Below, piece after piece: positions 19,463-29,245 of a stretch of 64,000 nt of DNA (positions within the stretch are counted from its first letter, which is position 1; the number at the start of each line of letters is the position of its first letter). The stretch is from positions 1 to 64,000 of the IMG/VR virus record IMGVR_UViG_3300046009_011911; one strand, 5' to 3'. The stretch is from a virus. Position numbers and translations under genes: made by a program. The notes below the pieces were generated by a model. The model worked only from the letters and a program-made list of their open reading frames with translations, had not been told where the DNA came from and made no database searches.

Positions 19463-21010
19463 ATGATTTTTGGATTTTTTACTTTAATTGTAGCACTAAT
19501 TATCAGCGGCATAGCAGCCTATTATAGTATAGCGGGTTTGACTGCCATTTTTTCTACAGCAGTGGTGCCTATAATTATTATGGGTGCAGCACTAGAAGTG
19601 GGAAAAATTACTGCGGCAGTTTGGTTAAAATTAAATTGGTCCAGGGCCAGTATTACATATAAGCTCTATTTGGTTCCCGCTGTCACTGTTCTAATGTTGT
19701 TGACTAGTATGGGAATTTTTGGCTTTTTAAGTAAAGCCCACAGTGATCAAACATTGATTACTGGCAACAGCAGTGCTCAGATTGCATTGTTTGATGAAAA
19801 GATCAAAATACAAAGAGAAAACATTGACACTGCTAGACGAGCTCTTGCTCAACTTGATTCCCAAGTCAACGAACGTCTATCACGTGGTACCAGTGAACAA
19901 AGCGTTGAAAGAGCTGCCCAACTTCGCAGGCAACAAACTGCTGAACGTAATAAACTACTCAAGGATGTTGAATCTGCTCAAAATGAAATACAAAAATTAA
20001 ATGAAGCTAGGGCACCATTAGCAGCAGAATTAAGAAAAGTAGAGTCTGAAGTTGGCCCTATAAAATACATCGCTGCATTAATATATGGACCTAATCCCGA
20101 TGCAGATATATTAGAAAAAGCAGTAAGTTGGATGATAATTTTCATTGTGGCAGTATTCGATCCACTGGCTTTGGTTCTTATTTTAGCTGCGCAACAAAGC
20201 ATTAATTGGAATAGATCTCATAGAAAAAACATTATTGAACCCTCGCCAGAATTAGATTCCAAACAAGAGTCGGTGGATGATTCGGCTCAAAAAAAAACAG
20301 TAGAGAAAACGTCTCAACCTCTTGAAACAGAATTTGACATTTCTAAACATGCTTATTTACATAAACCATGGATTCATTTTCCGTCTGGGTTGAAACCTTT
20401 AGTTGCCGAAGTGCCAATTGAACCTGTTGCAACGGTGGTACCGCCAGAAGTTAATACAGTTAAATCTACTACCAAAAAGCGATCTAAAAAAATACTACAG
20501 GAAAAACCTGTACTTCCAGTTATTGAACAACCATTGGTACAAGAAAACACATCTGCTGTGCCTGATGAATCAGTTGAATTTACTGATGATAAAGATGAAG
20601 TATTGATAAGCGGAATTAAAATTAAAAAAATAGCTGGCGGTTATTACGAAGTAAATGATAAACGATACAGCAAATACGTGTTTTACTCAATGTGGCCTGA
20701 AGTGGCGAAAAAATACGACAGTATAGTTGATGAATTATCAATTCCGCATGTGGAAACTAATTTCGGTAACCAGTTTCCTGTTTATGCAAACAAAGGTGAC
20801 CTGTTTTTAAGAACTGACAGCGTACCAAATAAACTACACAAATTTAACGGTGTAAAATGGATTGAAGTAGACAAAAACAAAACAGACAGCTATTCTTATG
20901 ATGATAAGTATATACAGTTCTTAATTGATAAATTACAATCAGGTGAATACGAATTAGATCAACTTAGTGCTACTGAACAAGATTTGGTAGCTGCAAAACT
21001 TCAAAAATAA
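19463..21010 (+). CDS. Membrane protein with coiled coil
   Basis: Three N-terminal TM helices, coiled coil, fourth TM; TAAATA at 19450. Confidence 0.75.
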   Translation: MIFGFFTLIVALIISGIAAYYSIAGLTAIFSTAVVPIIIMGAALEVGKITAAVWLKLNWSRASITYKLYLVPAVTVLMLLTSMGIFGFLSKAHSDQTLITGNSSAQIALFDEKIKIQRENIDTARRALAQLDSQVNERLSRGTSEQSVERAAQLRRQQTAERNKLLKDVESAQNEIQKLNEARAPLAAELRKVESEVGPIKYIAALIYGPNPDADILEKAVSWMIIFIVAVFDPLALVLILAAQQSINWNRSHRKNIIEPSPELDSKQESVDDSAQKKTVEKTSQPLETEFDISKHAYLHKPWIHFPSGLKPLVAEVPIEPVATVVPPEVNTVKSTTKKRSKKILQEKPVLPVIEQPLVQENTSAVPDESVEFTDDKDEVLISGIKIKKIAGGYYEVNDKRYSKYVFYSMWPEVAKKYDSIVDELSIPHVETNFGNQFPVYANKGDLFLRTDSVPNKLHKFNGVKWIEVDKNKTDSYSYDDKYIQFLIDKLQSGEYELDQLSATEQDLVAAKLQK

Positions 21011-21020
21011 TTGTACAAAA

Positions 21021-21725
21021 ATGACACAGCCAAAAATATCTATCCTTTTGCCTACTCGAAAAAGAGTAGATGCAGTAATTAAAAGTATCAGCAGTATTTT
21101 AAGTCTTGCTAAAAATCCCGGAGACATAGAAATATTAATCGCTTACGACAACGACGATGATGAAAGTAGAGAATTTTTCAGCACAACTTGGTTTCCGTTT
21201 GTGGCACAATCGGGTGCGACTACTAAGGTATTTGAAACTGAAAGATTTGGATACTTACGTCTTTACAAGTATGTGAATTTTTTAGGTGAGCAAGCTTCAG
21301 GTGATTGGTTAATGTTTTGGAATGATGATGCCTTAATGTTAACAGAAGGATGGGATGAGGAAATTATTAAGAATCGGGGCTATTGGGGTTTGTTACGTAT
21401 GCCTTGCATTAACATGGATCATCCTTTTGCACTGTTTCCTATTATTCCAAAAGATTGGATAGATTTCTTCGGAAAAATTAGTCCAGTTAATCACAGTGAT
21501 TGGTGGATCTATCATGTAACGTATCATCTAAACAGAATGAAAAATATAGATGTTAAAGTTTTCCATAATAGAGCAGATGTCACAGGACAAAATAATGATG
21601 ACACATTCCGTGAACAAAGTTATGCTGCAGATGGCAAAGATCCAACAAACCCAGAAGATTACAGTCACCCTGAACGTAGACTTGAATTGGAACAATGGAT
21701 TTCAAAATTAGCAAATAAATCATGA
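21021..21725 (+). CDS. GT-A fold glycosyltransferase
   Basis: ISILLPTR, FWNDDA. Confidence 0.8.
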   Translation: MTQPKISILLPTRKRVDAVIKSISSILSLAKNPGDIEILIAYDNDDDESREFFSTTWFPFVAQSGATTKVFETERFGYLRLYKYVNFLGEQASGDWLMFWNDDALMLTEGWDEEIIKNRGYWGLLRMPCINMDHPFALFPIIPKDWIDFFGKISPVNHSDWWIYHVTYHLNRMKNIDVKVFHNRADVTGQNNDDTFREQSYAADGKDPTNPEDYSHPERRLELEQWISKLANKS

Positions 21726-22504
21726 CAACAAACCTATTAGAGAATATTCGTAATTATTGGAACTCGAGACCCTGTAACATTAAGCATAGTCAAAGTCCTA
21801 TTGGAACTAAAGAGTATTTTGATGAAGTTGAGGCAAGACGCTATGCCAATGAACCACATAATTACACCTTTGCAGAATTTGAAAGATGGAAAGGCAAACG
21901 GGTATTAGAAATCGGTTGCGGTATTGGCACCGATGCAGTTAATTTTGCTCGCCACGGAGCAGTTTATACAGGCATCGATTTAAGTTCCGAAAGTATTAAA
22001 ATTGCAAAGCGAAGATTTGAAGTATTTAATCTTCAAGGCGAATTGTTCGAAGCAAATGCCGAAGACCTAAGTTTTATTTTTGATCCCAGTGATCGATTTG
22101 ATTTAATTTATAGTTTTGGGGTAATACACCATGCTCCCAGGCCAGACAAAATTGTACAAAGTTTACCTAAATTATTAACTCCAGATGGTGAAGTCAAGGT
22201 AATGTTGTATGCTAAAAATAGTTGGAAAAACATTATGATTAATTCAGGTTTGGATCAGCCTGAAGCTCAAAACAATTGTCCCCAAGCACTGACTTATACC
22301 AAAGAAGAAATTAGAGAATTATTTTCTTATTTTCCTTATGTAGAAATCGAACAAGATTTTATTTTTCCATGGGTAATAGAAAACTATATTAAATATGAAT
22401 ACGTCAAACAGCCTTGGTTTGATGTGATGCCGCCTGAACTGTTTAGGATTTTAGAAAAATCATTAGGATGGCATATGCTAGTAAAGGCAAAACTTAACGG
22501 ATAA
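21722..22504 (+). CDS. Class I SAM-dependent methyltransferase
   Basis: VLEIGCGIG, FDLIYSFGVIHH. Confidence 0.9.
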   Translation: MTTNLLENIRNYWNSRPCNIKHSQSPIGTKEYFDEVEARRYANEPHNYTFAEFERWKGKRVLEIGCGIGTDAVNFARHGAVYTGIDLSSESIKIAKRRFEVFNLQGELFEANAEDLSFIFDPSDRFDLIYSFGVIHHAPRPDKIVQSLPKLLTPDGEVKVMLYAKNSWKNIMINSGLDQPEAQNNCPQALTYTKEEIRELFSYFPYVEIEQDFIFPWVIENYIKYEYVKQPWFDVMPPELFRILEKSLGWHMLVKAKLNG

Positions 22505-22507
22505 TAT

Positions 22508-22783
22508 ATGCCAAGAATTTTTACTCCACCAGACTGTGAATTTGACAGGTCAATCAAAAAAATTCTAATTAGGAATTGTGATTGGACCGACGAACAAATT
22601 GCTTCTTATATTGATAACCTCAGTGACAAAGTTTATGACATTTACATTTACAATGATAGAATGAATGATGTGCAATGGTATGAAGGTATAAGAACGTCTG
22701 CAGTAAAAGTTATTGATTATAGAAACTATAAAAATTTAGATCCAGTTGAATGGTTAAGGACTTTAGATGACATTGTACAATAA
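22508..22783 (+). CDS. Hypothetical protein
   Basis: ORF in operon. Confidence 0.6.
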   Translation: MPRIFTPPDCEFDRSIKKILIRNCDWTDEQIASYIDNLSDKVYDIYIYNDRMNDVQWYEGIRTSAVKVIDYRNYKNLDPVEWLRTLDDIVQ

Positions 22784-23009
22784 AAACAAAATTATATCGG
22801 GAACTACTGTAATTGTAGTAGATGATAATCTTGAGAAAGCCATGCGTAAATTTAAAAAGAAGGTCGCAGAAAATAATATTTTGCAAGATTTACGTAAAAA
22901 AGAATTCTATGAAAAACCCACCATCGCCAGAAAGAAAGCAGCGGGTGCAGCAAGAAGTAGGTGGCTAAGAAAATTACAATCCGAAGCACTTCCGAAAAAA
23001 ATGTATTAA
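22767..23009 (+). CDS. rpsU: Ribosomal protein bS21
   Basis: LEKAMRKFKKK..LRKKEFYEKPT..RK. Confidence 0.9.
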   Translation: MTLYNKNKIISGTTVIVVDDNLEKAMRKFKKKVAENNILQDLRKKEFYEKPTIARKKAAGAARSRWLRKLQSEALPKKMY

Positions 23010-23245
23010 TGTATGTTGAATTTGATTTAACTGATGTTTACTATCCAACTTTAGAACAAGAAATTCAAAGTTGGAGTCAGCAATATTCAGTGAAATATTA
23101 TCTTAAAATACACAAACATAAAGCCAAATTAACTTTTGTGGATGAAAAAAATTATTCTACATTTTGCATGTCGTGGAATCCTACTCTTAGCGACTATTTA
23201 AAATACACAATAATTGAACCAATGAAAGTTGACAAGACCAAATAA
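23009..23245 (+). CDS. Hypothetical protein
   Basis: TAATG coupling to rpsU. Confidence 0.55.
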   Translation: MYVEFDLTDVYYPTLEQEIQSWSQQYSVKYYLKIHKHKAKLTFVDEKNYSTFCMSWNPTLSDYLKYTIIEPMKVDKTK

Positions 23246-23263
23246 ATCCTGTATAAATACAAC

Positions 23264-23328
23264 TGTAGTGCCGATAGTCGGGCTACACTATGTCATACTT
23301 GCTTAATAGAAAGGAGAATATTATGACA
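23264..23328 (+). promoter_or_regulatory. ROSE-like RNA thermometer in the Hsp20 leader
   Basis: CTTGCT (23298) pairs with SD AGGAG with a bulged G; TGTCATA pairs with TATGACA over the start codon; upstream hairpin. Confidence 0.7.
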
Positions 23329-23766
23329 CAATTTGAACTTCGCACAATCGATCTTCCTACTTTTGCTCGTCACACAATTGGTTTTGACCGTCTATTCAAT
23401 GAGATGGGTCGTACTTTTGCCAATAGTCGTAACGACAATTATCCACCCTATAATATTGCACAACTAGATGACACACACTATGTGATCGAAGTGGCAGTTG
23501 CAGGGTTTGAGGAAGATGAGCTTGACATCGAACTTAAAGATCAAGTTCTTTTAGTAAAAGGATCCAAGGTTAAAAAAGACACACCAGAAATTACTTACGC
23601 CCACAAAGGCATCAGTACAAGAAATTTTGAACGTGTATTTACTTTGAATCCCGATGTGCAAGTCCGTGCAGCTACCGTTAAAAACGGTATTTTGGCTGTT
23701 GCTTTGGAACTAGTAATTCCAGAAGAGCAGAAAGCCAAAAAGATTGCAATTACTTACACTAAGTAA
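23323..23766 (+). CDS. Small heat shock protein Hsp20 (IbpA-like)
   Basis: YPPYNI, AVAGF, HKGISTRNF, NGIL; overlapping TTGACA (23229) and TATAAATA (23252) promoters. Confidence 0.93.
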   Translation: MTQFELRTIDLPTFARHTIGFDRLFNEMGRTFANSRNDNYPPYNIAQLDDTHYVIEVAVAGFEEDELDIELKDQVLLVKGSKVKKDTPEITYAHKGISTRNFERVFTLNPDVQVRAATVKNGILAVALELVIPEEQKAKKIAITYTK

Positions 23767-23773
23767 TACAATC

Positions 23774-23798
23774 TTAGGGGGAGCAATCCCCCTAATTT
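23774..23798 (+). terminator. Probable intrinsic terminator
   Basis: TTAGGGGGA-gcaa-TCCCCCTAA. Confidence 0.65.
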
Positions 23799-23812
23799 AA
23801 TTTAAGATTAAC

Positions 23813-24127
23813 ATGACATCAATTGCTGAACCCAAGACTGTAACTAAAATTAAACCTAAATCAGACATCGCCAAGCCTGTACAATGGCATGTTATCTATA
23901 TCAATGATGAGGTCACTACTCAAGAATTTGTAATTGAAACTTTAATCATTGTGTTTAATTATGATAGAGACATGGCAGAAGAAATGACAATGAAGGTACA
24001 TACCGACGGGTCGGCCATAGTTGCTACACTACCATACGAAATGGCAGAACAAAAAGGTGTAGAAGTTACTCTACTAGCACGAAACAATGGTTTTCCATTA
24101 GTAGTAAAACTAGAACCAGAGTATTGA
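23813..24127 (+). CDS. clpS: ClpS N-degron adaptor
   Basis: VIYINDEVTTQEFV, VHTDG, EMAEQK, FPL. Confidence 0.9.
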   Translation: MTSIAEPKTVTKIKPKSDIAKPVQWHVIYINDEVTTQEFVIETLIIVFNYDRDMAEEMTMKVHTDGSAIVATLPYEMAEQKGVEVTLLARNNGFPLVVKLEPEY

Positions 24128-24128
24128 A

Positions 24129-24659
24129 ATGGACATAATGTTGGATTTAGAAACTCTGGCAACTAGCCCAGATAGTGTTATCCTTACTTTCGGCGCAGTG
24201 AAATTTGATCCCTTTAATACAGAACAAGATTTTGATACAGGCCTGTATTACAGAATAGATGTGGATGAACAAATTGCTTTGGGTAGACAAGTCGATCAAG
24301 GCACAGTTGACTGGTGGGGCTCTCAAAATGAAGAAGTGAGAGAAGAAGCACTAGGGGAACATGACAGAATCGGTCTGGAACAGTTTACCCAATCACTGAA
24401 TAAATTTGTAGTAGGTGCTAATCGAATTTGGGCCCAAGGTCCAGTGTTTGATATTGTTATTTTAGAAAATTTATACAGGCAATTAGGCAAACCTACTCCA
24501 TGGCCATACTATTTGATTAGGGATAGTAGAACGTTACTTAAAGCATTAGGCGACACTAGATCACCTGGCACTATGCTACATAATGCATTAGCAGATTGTG
24601 TAAGCCAAGCACAAGCAATTCAACATGCAGTATCTAAATACAAATTAACACAATTATGA
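24129..24659 (+). CDS. DEDDh 3'-5' exonuclease (DexA/Rv2179c-like)
   Basis: MLDLETL, FDIVIL, RDSRT, HNALAD. Confidence 0.85.
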   Translation: MDIMLDLETLATSPDSVILTFGAVKFDPFNTEQDFDTGLYYRIDVDEQIALGRQVDQGTVDWWGSQNEEVREEALGEHDRIGLEQFTQSLNKFVVGANRIWAQGPVFDIVILENLYRQLGKPTPWPYYLIRDSRTLLKALGDTRSPGTMLHNALADCVSQAQAIQHAVSKYKLTQL

Positions 24660-25105
24660 ATAGAACATATTACTTAGCATATGGTATGAACACAAATCTC
24701 GATAGCATGAAATCGAGATGTCCTGCCGCCATTAGTTTAGGCAAAGTCTGGCTAGACGATCACAGATTACAGTTTAAATATTTCTGTGATGCAGAATATC
24801 ATCCAGGGTCCAAAATGCCTTGTGCACTTTGGTCTATCACTGATCGCTGCGAACAAAGTTTAGATAGGTTAGAAGGTTATCCAGATTACTATCTGAAAAA
24901 AGAAGTTTCAGTCATCTATGAAAATAAAACAATTAAAGCTATGATTTATTTTATGCCTGATGGTAATGACGTTCAATTCCCCAGCGAATATTATTTTGAC
25001 ACAGTGGTTACAGGGTATAAACAACATGGTATGACTCTGGAATCAATACTTAATGCATTAACAGATGTTACAAAGGAATCACAGAATGTTTATAGTATGG
25101 GATAA
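24656..25105 (+). CDS. Gamma-glutamylcyclotransferase-like protein
   Basis: YLAYGMN, LDRLEGYP. Confidence 0.8.
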   Translation: MNRTYYLAYGMNTNLDSMKSRCPAAISLGKVWLDDHRLQFKYFCDAEYHPGSKMPCALWSITDRCEQSLDRLEGYPDYYLKKEVSVIYENKTIKAMIYFMPDGNDVQFPSEYYFDTVVTGYKQHGMTLESILNALTDVTKESQNVYSMG

Positions 25106-25385
25106 GAATGTAGTTGAGAAACTACAAAATAATTACACTGTTCTAGAACTCGAAACTTTTACTAAAGATCAGACTGAAATCACTGCATATTGTGTGCTCG
25201 ACGAAGTCAGTGTTGCCGAACTTCCCACGTTAGATAATTCTAGACAAATGCATAATGCGTTTATAAACGAATATAAAAAAGGTAATTATAAATTTTGTGT
25301 AGATGCAGCAGAATTTTTGCGTGGTAAGTTCAACGGTGAATTAGATTCATTCTATGATGCTATTTTACAAAAAATTACCAATTAA
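25086..25385 (+). CDS. Stand-alone paralog of the adenylate cyclase C-terminal region
   Basis: YTVLEL..H..YKK..LRGKF..LDSFY aligns with the cyclase tail. Confidence 0.65.
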   Translation: MFIVWDKNVVEKLQNNYTVLELETFTKDQTEITAYCVLDEVSVAELPTLDNSRQMHNAFINEYKKGNYKFCVDAAEFLRGKFNGELDSFYDAILQKITN

Positions 25386-25398
25386 CGTATAAGAAAAC

Positions 25399-25438
25399 TT
25401 TTCTTTTCTCTTTTTTAAATAATAAGGAGGAAAGAAAA
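25399..25438 (+). promoter_or_regulatory. RBS-sequestering hairpin with late promoter in the loop
   Basis: TTTTCTTTTCTCTTT / AAGGAGGAAAGAAAA; loop contains TAAATA. Confidence 0.65.
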
Positions 25439-25899
25439 TGACTAAACTAGCAATTTCATTAGTTTTTTTCGCTGTCGTAGCTAAGACAGCCTCTTCTGCT
25501 CCGCTACCCGATTTTTCTTTTAAAAATCCCAGTTTTAATGGCATAGGATATAGTAGCCATGTTCTTACAATAGAAAATCAGGAAGCAGTTAGAAAAAAAG
25601 CAGTTGCAGATAAAATTCAAGCAGAATTAGATAAAATTAAAACTGCTGAGCAAAACAGCAATATCAATAAATTTTTGAACAATCTCGAGTCAAGGGTCTA
25701 TGCTCAAATAAGTCAAAATCTTGCAACCGCTATGTTTAAAGATGGTGGAAGTAATAGTGGTATTTTTACTTTTGACAATGCAACCAATACTCAAATAGCG
25801 TGGGAAAAAAATAGCCTTGATGGCACAATCAAATTAATTGTAACAGGTCCAGGAGTCAATACCACTGTGGTAGTGCCCTTAGGACAGTTTCAATTTTGA
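25438..25899 (+). CDS. csgF: Curli assembly protein CsgF-like
   Basis: Signal peptide, FKNPSFNG, FLNNLESRVYAQIS. Confidence 0.75.
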   Translation: MTKLAISLVFFAVVAKTASSAPLPDFSFKNPSFNGIGYSSHVLTIENQEAVRKKAVADKIQAELDKIKTAEQNSNINKFLNNLESRVYAQISQNLATAMFKDGGSNSGIFTFDNATNTQIAWEKNSLDGTIKLIVTGPGVNTTVVVPLGQFQF

Positions 25900-26708
25900 T
25901 TAGACGATATTTTATTTCATTAATTTTACTGCTCACATTATCAGGATGTGCTTTGCATCAACGGGCTAACGATTTAGAATATAAGCCTGAAATTACAAAA
26001 TCAATGATGCAAAGAGAATTAGAAAATGTCCCAGCCCCTGCCAGCGGAAAACCTGTAAGTGTGGCTGTCTACAGTTTTTTAGATAAAACCGGGCAACGCC
26101 GTCCTCAGACTAATGTAGCCAGTTTAAGCACAGCAGTTACACAAGGTGCTGAAGCTTTTCTCATTAAGGCTTTACAAGATGTTGGTCGTGGCAAATGGTT
26201 CGAAGTTGTAGAACGTGTTGGGTTAGACAATATTCAAAAAGAACGTTTGATAATTAGGCAAATGAGAGAAGCCTATGAAGGCAATAATGCTAAACCCTTA
26301 ATGCCCATGCAATTTGCAGGAATGATAATAGAAGGCGGTATAATAGGTTATGATACTAGTACTAAATCTGGAGGTTCAGGTGCAAGATGGTTGGGTATCG
26401 GTGCTCAAACGCAATATAGTGAAGACATTGTTACGGTCAGTCTAAGAGCAGTAAGTGTTAACACGGGAAAAGTCTTAATCACTGTAACAGTTCAAAAAAC
26501 AATTCTTAGCACAGCAGACAGTATTAATGCATTAAGATTTTTTGATTTGGGGACAAAAGCTTTTGAGGCTGAAACCGGATTAACTATAAATGAACCCGGC
26601 ACTTATGCAGTTAAAACAGCAGTTGAAGCGGCTGTTATAGAACTAATAAAAGAAGGTCAACGGAGAGGAGTATGGGATTTCAAAAAAGAAACTAAAGGAA
26701 CTGATTAA
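25896..26708 (+). CDS. csgG: Curli secretion channel lipoprotein CsgG
   Basis: Lipobox LSGC, VYSFLDKTGQ, STAVTQGA, WFEVVER, EGGIIGYD. Confidence 0.9.
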   Translation: MIRRYFISLILLLTLSGCALHQRANDLEYKPEITKSMMQRELENVPAPASGKPVSVAVYSFLDKTGQRRPQTNVASLSTAVTQGAEAFLIKALQDVGRGKWFEVVERVGLDNIQKERLIIRQMREAYEGNNAKPLMPMQFAGMIIEGGIIGYDTSTKSGGSGARWLGIGAQTQYSEDIVTVSLRAVSVNTGKVLITVTVQKTILSTADSINALRFFDLGTKAFEAETGLTINEPGTYAVKTAVEAAVIELIKEGQRRGVWDFKKETKGTD

Positions 26709-26731
26709 GGAATACAAACTTAATCTTATAA

Positions 26732-27511
26732 ATGATGACTAAAAAAATATTAATTACAATTTTGGCTAGTTTAAGTTTAATTAGCTATGCCGCAGACAAT
26801 ACAATTTATATTGATCAAGCGGGAGATAATGCAACTATAACCATGTTGCAGGACGGTGCAGGAAATAGAATCAGGGGTATTCAAGGAGTGGGCACAGGCA
26901 ATACAACTCCTGCAAAATTAACAGGTGATGCTATAACCGTAGACGTTCAACAAATTGGTAGTGGTAATGTATTGAATATGGGCATAGTTACTGCAACAGC
27001 TAATGGTAGTAGTCCTACTAATATTACCTATGTTCAAACAGGTAACAATGCAACTGCTACTTTAAATCTTAATAATTCTGGAGCAGGAACTAATGCCAGT
27101 ACAAATTTAAATATTACTCAAACTGGGGATGGTGGAATAACTGACCTTAACATTTTAGGATCTAACAACACAATGACCAGCGTTCAAAGCGGTGGTAATA
27201 ATAATGAATTAGTGGCAACTATTAATGCTAATCAAACCACCGTTAATATAAGCCAGACTGGCGGTGGTGGCAACGAAACTACATTAAATTTAACTGGAAA
27301 TAAAGGCACAGTTGACATTACTACAGTTGGAGCTACCAATACTACCAGTATTACACAAAGCGGGGGAAGTGTATCGGGCCATAATACAACTTTGGATTAT
27401 ACTGGTTCTGGTAACAATACCATTATAAGTCAAACTGGAACCATTGATACCACAGTTAATATAAAAAGTGTAGGATCCGGAAACGCATTTACAATCACTA
27501 CTCATAATTGA
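26732..27511 (+). CDS. Curlin-repeat secreted protein (CsgA/B-like)
   Basis: Signal peptide, repeated xQxGxxN motifs. Confidence 0.75.
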   Translation: MMTKKILITILASLSLISYAADNTIYIDQAGDNATITMLQDGAGNRIRGIQGVGTGNTTPAKLTGDAITVDVQQIGSGNVLNMGIVTATANGSSPTNITYVQTGNNATATLNLNNSGAGTNASTNLNITQTGDGGITDLNILGSNNTMTSVQSGGNNNELVATINANQTTVNISQTGGGGNETTLNLTGNKGTVDITTVGATNTTSITQSGGSVSGHNTTLDYTGSGNNTIISQTGTIDTTVNIKSVGSGNAFTITTHN

Positions 27512-27518
27512 GGTAAAT

Positions 27519-28625
27519 ATGAAATTATGCAACCTACTTGCTTTACCCTTAATGATTACATTTTGGAACTGCAACGCAGGGATAGGGCAAGTTACGGAAC
27601 AATTGAATACCCCAGCAGTGATACAGAGAAAGGCAGAGAACCTTCAAGGGATCAAGGGTCAACAGGTGGAAATGTTAGATTCGATTCGAACTCAGCAGGG
27701 CAAAGTAGGAATAACATTTGAAGACAACACAAGAGTTCAAGTTAATGAAAACAGTAAACTTGTAATTGATGATTTTGTATATGATCCAAAAAGCAAGGGC
27801 GGTAAGTTAGGGGCCAAAGTCGCATTAGGCACAGTAAGATATGCCAGTGGACAGATTGCAAAAACTACCCCACAGAATGTTGCATTAAATACTCCTACTG
27901 CAACTATTTCAGTTCGCGGCACCGATTTTACTGCCACAGTTGAAGAATTTGGGCAAAGCACGGTTATTTTACTACCCAGCTGCCCCGACGACAAACCTAC
28001 TAGAACGAAAAATGATATTGCAAGTAATTGTATAGTGGGAGAAATTATAGTCGAAAGTGATGCAGGCACAGTGATACTAAATCAACCATTCCAAGCTACC
28101 AGAGTAGAATCAAGATCTGCGGCCCCATCCAGGCCTGTTATATTAAATTTAAGTGAAGATGCTATCGGTAACATGATAATTTTGAGTCCGCCTAAAGAGT
28201 TGAAAGATTCCAGAGAACAACAAAATCTTCAGAAAAGTTATCTAGATATGGATTTTTTAGCTGCAAACGGTCTAGAAAATGCATTAGATAAAGTACAGAT
28301 GCAGATATGGCAAGATAAATTAAGTTATACGTTTTTAGATAATAGCTTTCTAAACAATGTATTTGATATGATAGCAGATTCACTGAATGAAAAATTATTG
28401 GATGAAGTGGATACAGTTCTGCCAGATTATCGTAAAAGTAGCGGAGTTATCGCAGTAAAAGACGATCCGTTTGTCACATTATGTCGTGATAGCGGACAAG
28501 ACAAACAGTGTGTTACTACACCTATAAACCAAAGTGCCACATTGACGCAAACACAAGGATCAGTTACTATAAAGAACAGAATTAATCAAGGTACAGGCAC
28601 TATAATTACATTGATACAAAGATGA
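27519..28625 (+). CDS. FecR-domain secreted protein
   Basis: ITFEDNT..NSKLVID, TPTATISVRGTDF. Confidence 0.8.
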   Translation: MKLCNLLALPLMITFWNCNAGIGQVTEQLNTPAVIQRKAENLQGIKGQQVEMLDSIRTQQGKVGITFEDNTRVQVNENSKLVIDDFVYDPKSKGGKLGAKVALGTVRYASGQIAKTTPQNVALNTPTATISVRGTDFTATVEEFGQSTVILLPSCPDDKPTRTKNDIASNCIVGEIIVESDAGTVILNQPFQATRVESRSAAPSRPVILNLSEDAIGNMIILSPPKELKDSREQQNLQKSYLDMDFLAANGLENALDKVQMQIWQDKLSYTFLDNSFLNNVFDMIADSLNEKLLDEVDTVLPDYRKSSGVIAVKDDPFVTLCRDSGQDKQCVTTPINQSATLTQTQGSVTIKNRINQGTGTIITLIQR

Positions 28626-29233
28626 AATTTTTAATATTATTTTTATTGCCAGCTATAGCTTTTGCATCCGATAATACCATTTATATCGACCAGATCGGTA
28701 ACAATAATATTGTAACGATTACTCAAACTGGAAGTTCTAATACAGTATCTGGAGTGTTAAAACAGGCCTCTTCAGTCCAGGGCGATTCAAATCAAATTTC
28801 CATTTCGCAAGATGTTTCTAATCAAATTAAACTAGATTTAACCGGCGACTATAATAATATTACAGTTAATCAAACTATTGGTAATATGGCAGAAACTACT
28901 GTCATCGGAAACAACAATACACTAAACTTTCAACAATTAAATTCTGGTTCTAAATCTATTACTGCGTCTATAACTGGAAACTCAAATCAAATTTCATCTA
29001 ATCAACAGGGCACCGGGCAACATCAATTAAATGTTTCATTAACGGGTAATGGGCACAATGTAACAAGTTTACAAAAAGATTCTGGTAATCACGCTGCTAA
29101 CATAAATCTTACTAATGCTGGTGGCGCTGCAACAGTAAATTTGACTCAGCAGGGATCGCTCGGTCAAACTTATTCATTGACACAAAGTTGCAGTATGGTT
29201 GGTGGATGTTCAACTTCAATAACACAACAGTAA
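28622..29233 (+). CDS. Second curlin-repeat secreted protein
   Basis: Signal peptide, DNTIYIDQ shared with 26732, QxGxxN repeats. Confidence 0.75.
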   Translation: MKFLILFLLPAIAFASDNTIYIDQIGNNNIVTITQTGSSNTVSGVLKQASSVQGDSNQISISQDVSNQIKLDLTGDYNNITVNQTIGNMAETTVIGNNNTLNFQQLNSGSKSITASITGNSNQISSNQQGTGQHQLNVSLTGNGHNVTSLQKDSGNHAANINLTNAGGAATVNLTQQGSLGQTYSLTQSCSMVGGCSTSITQQ

Positions 29234-29245
29234 TTCAAAAAAATT

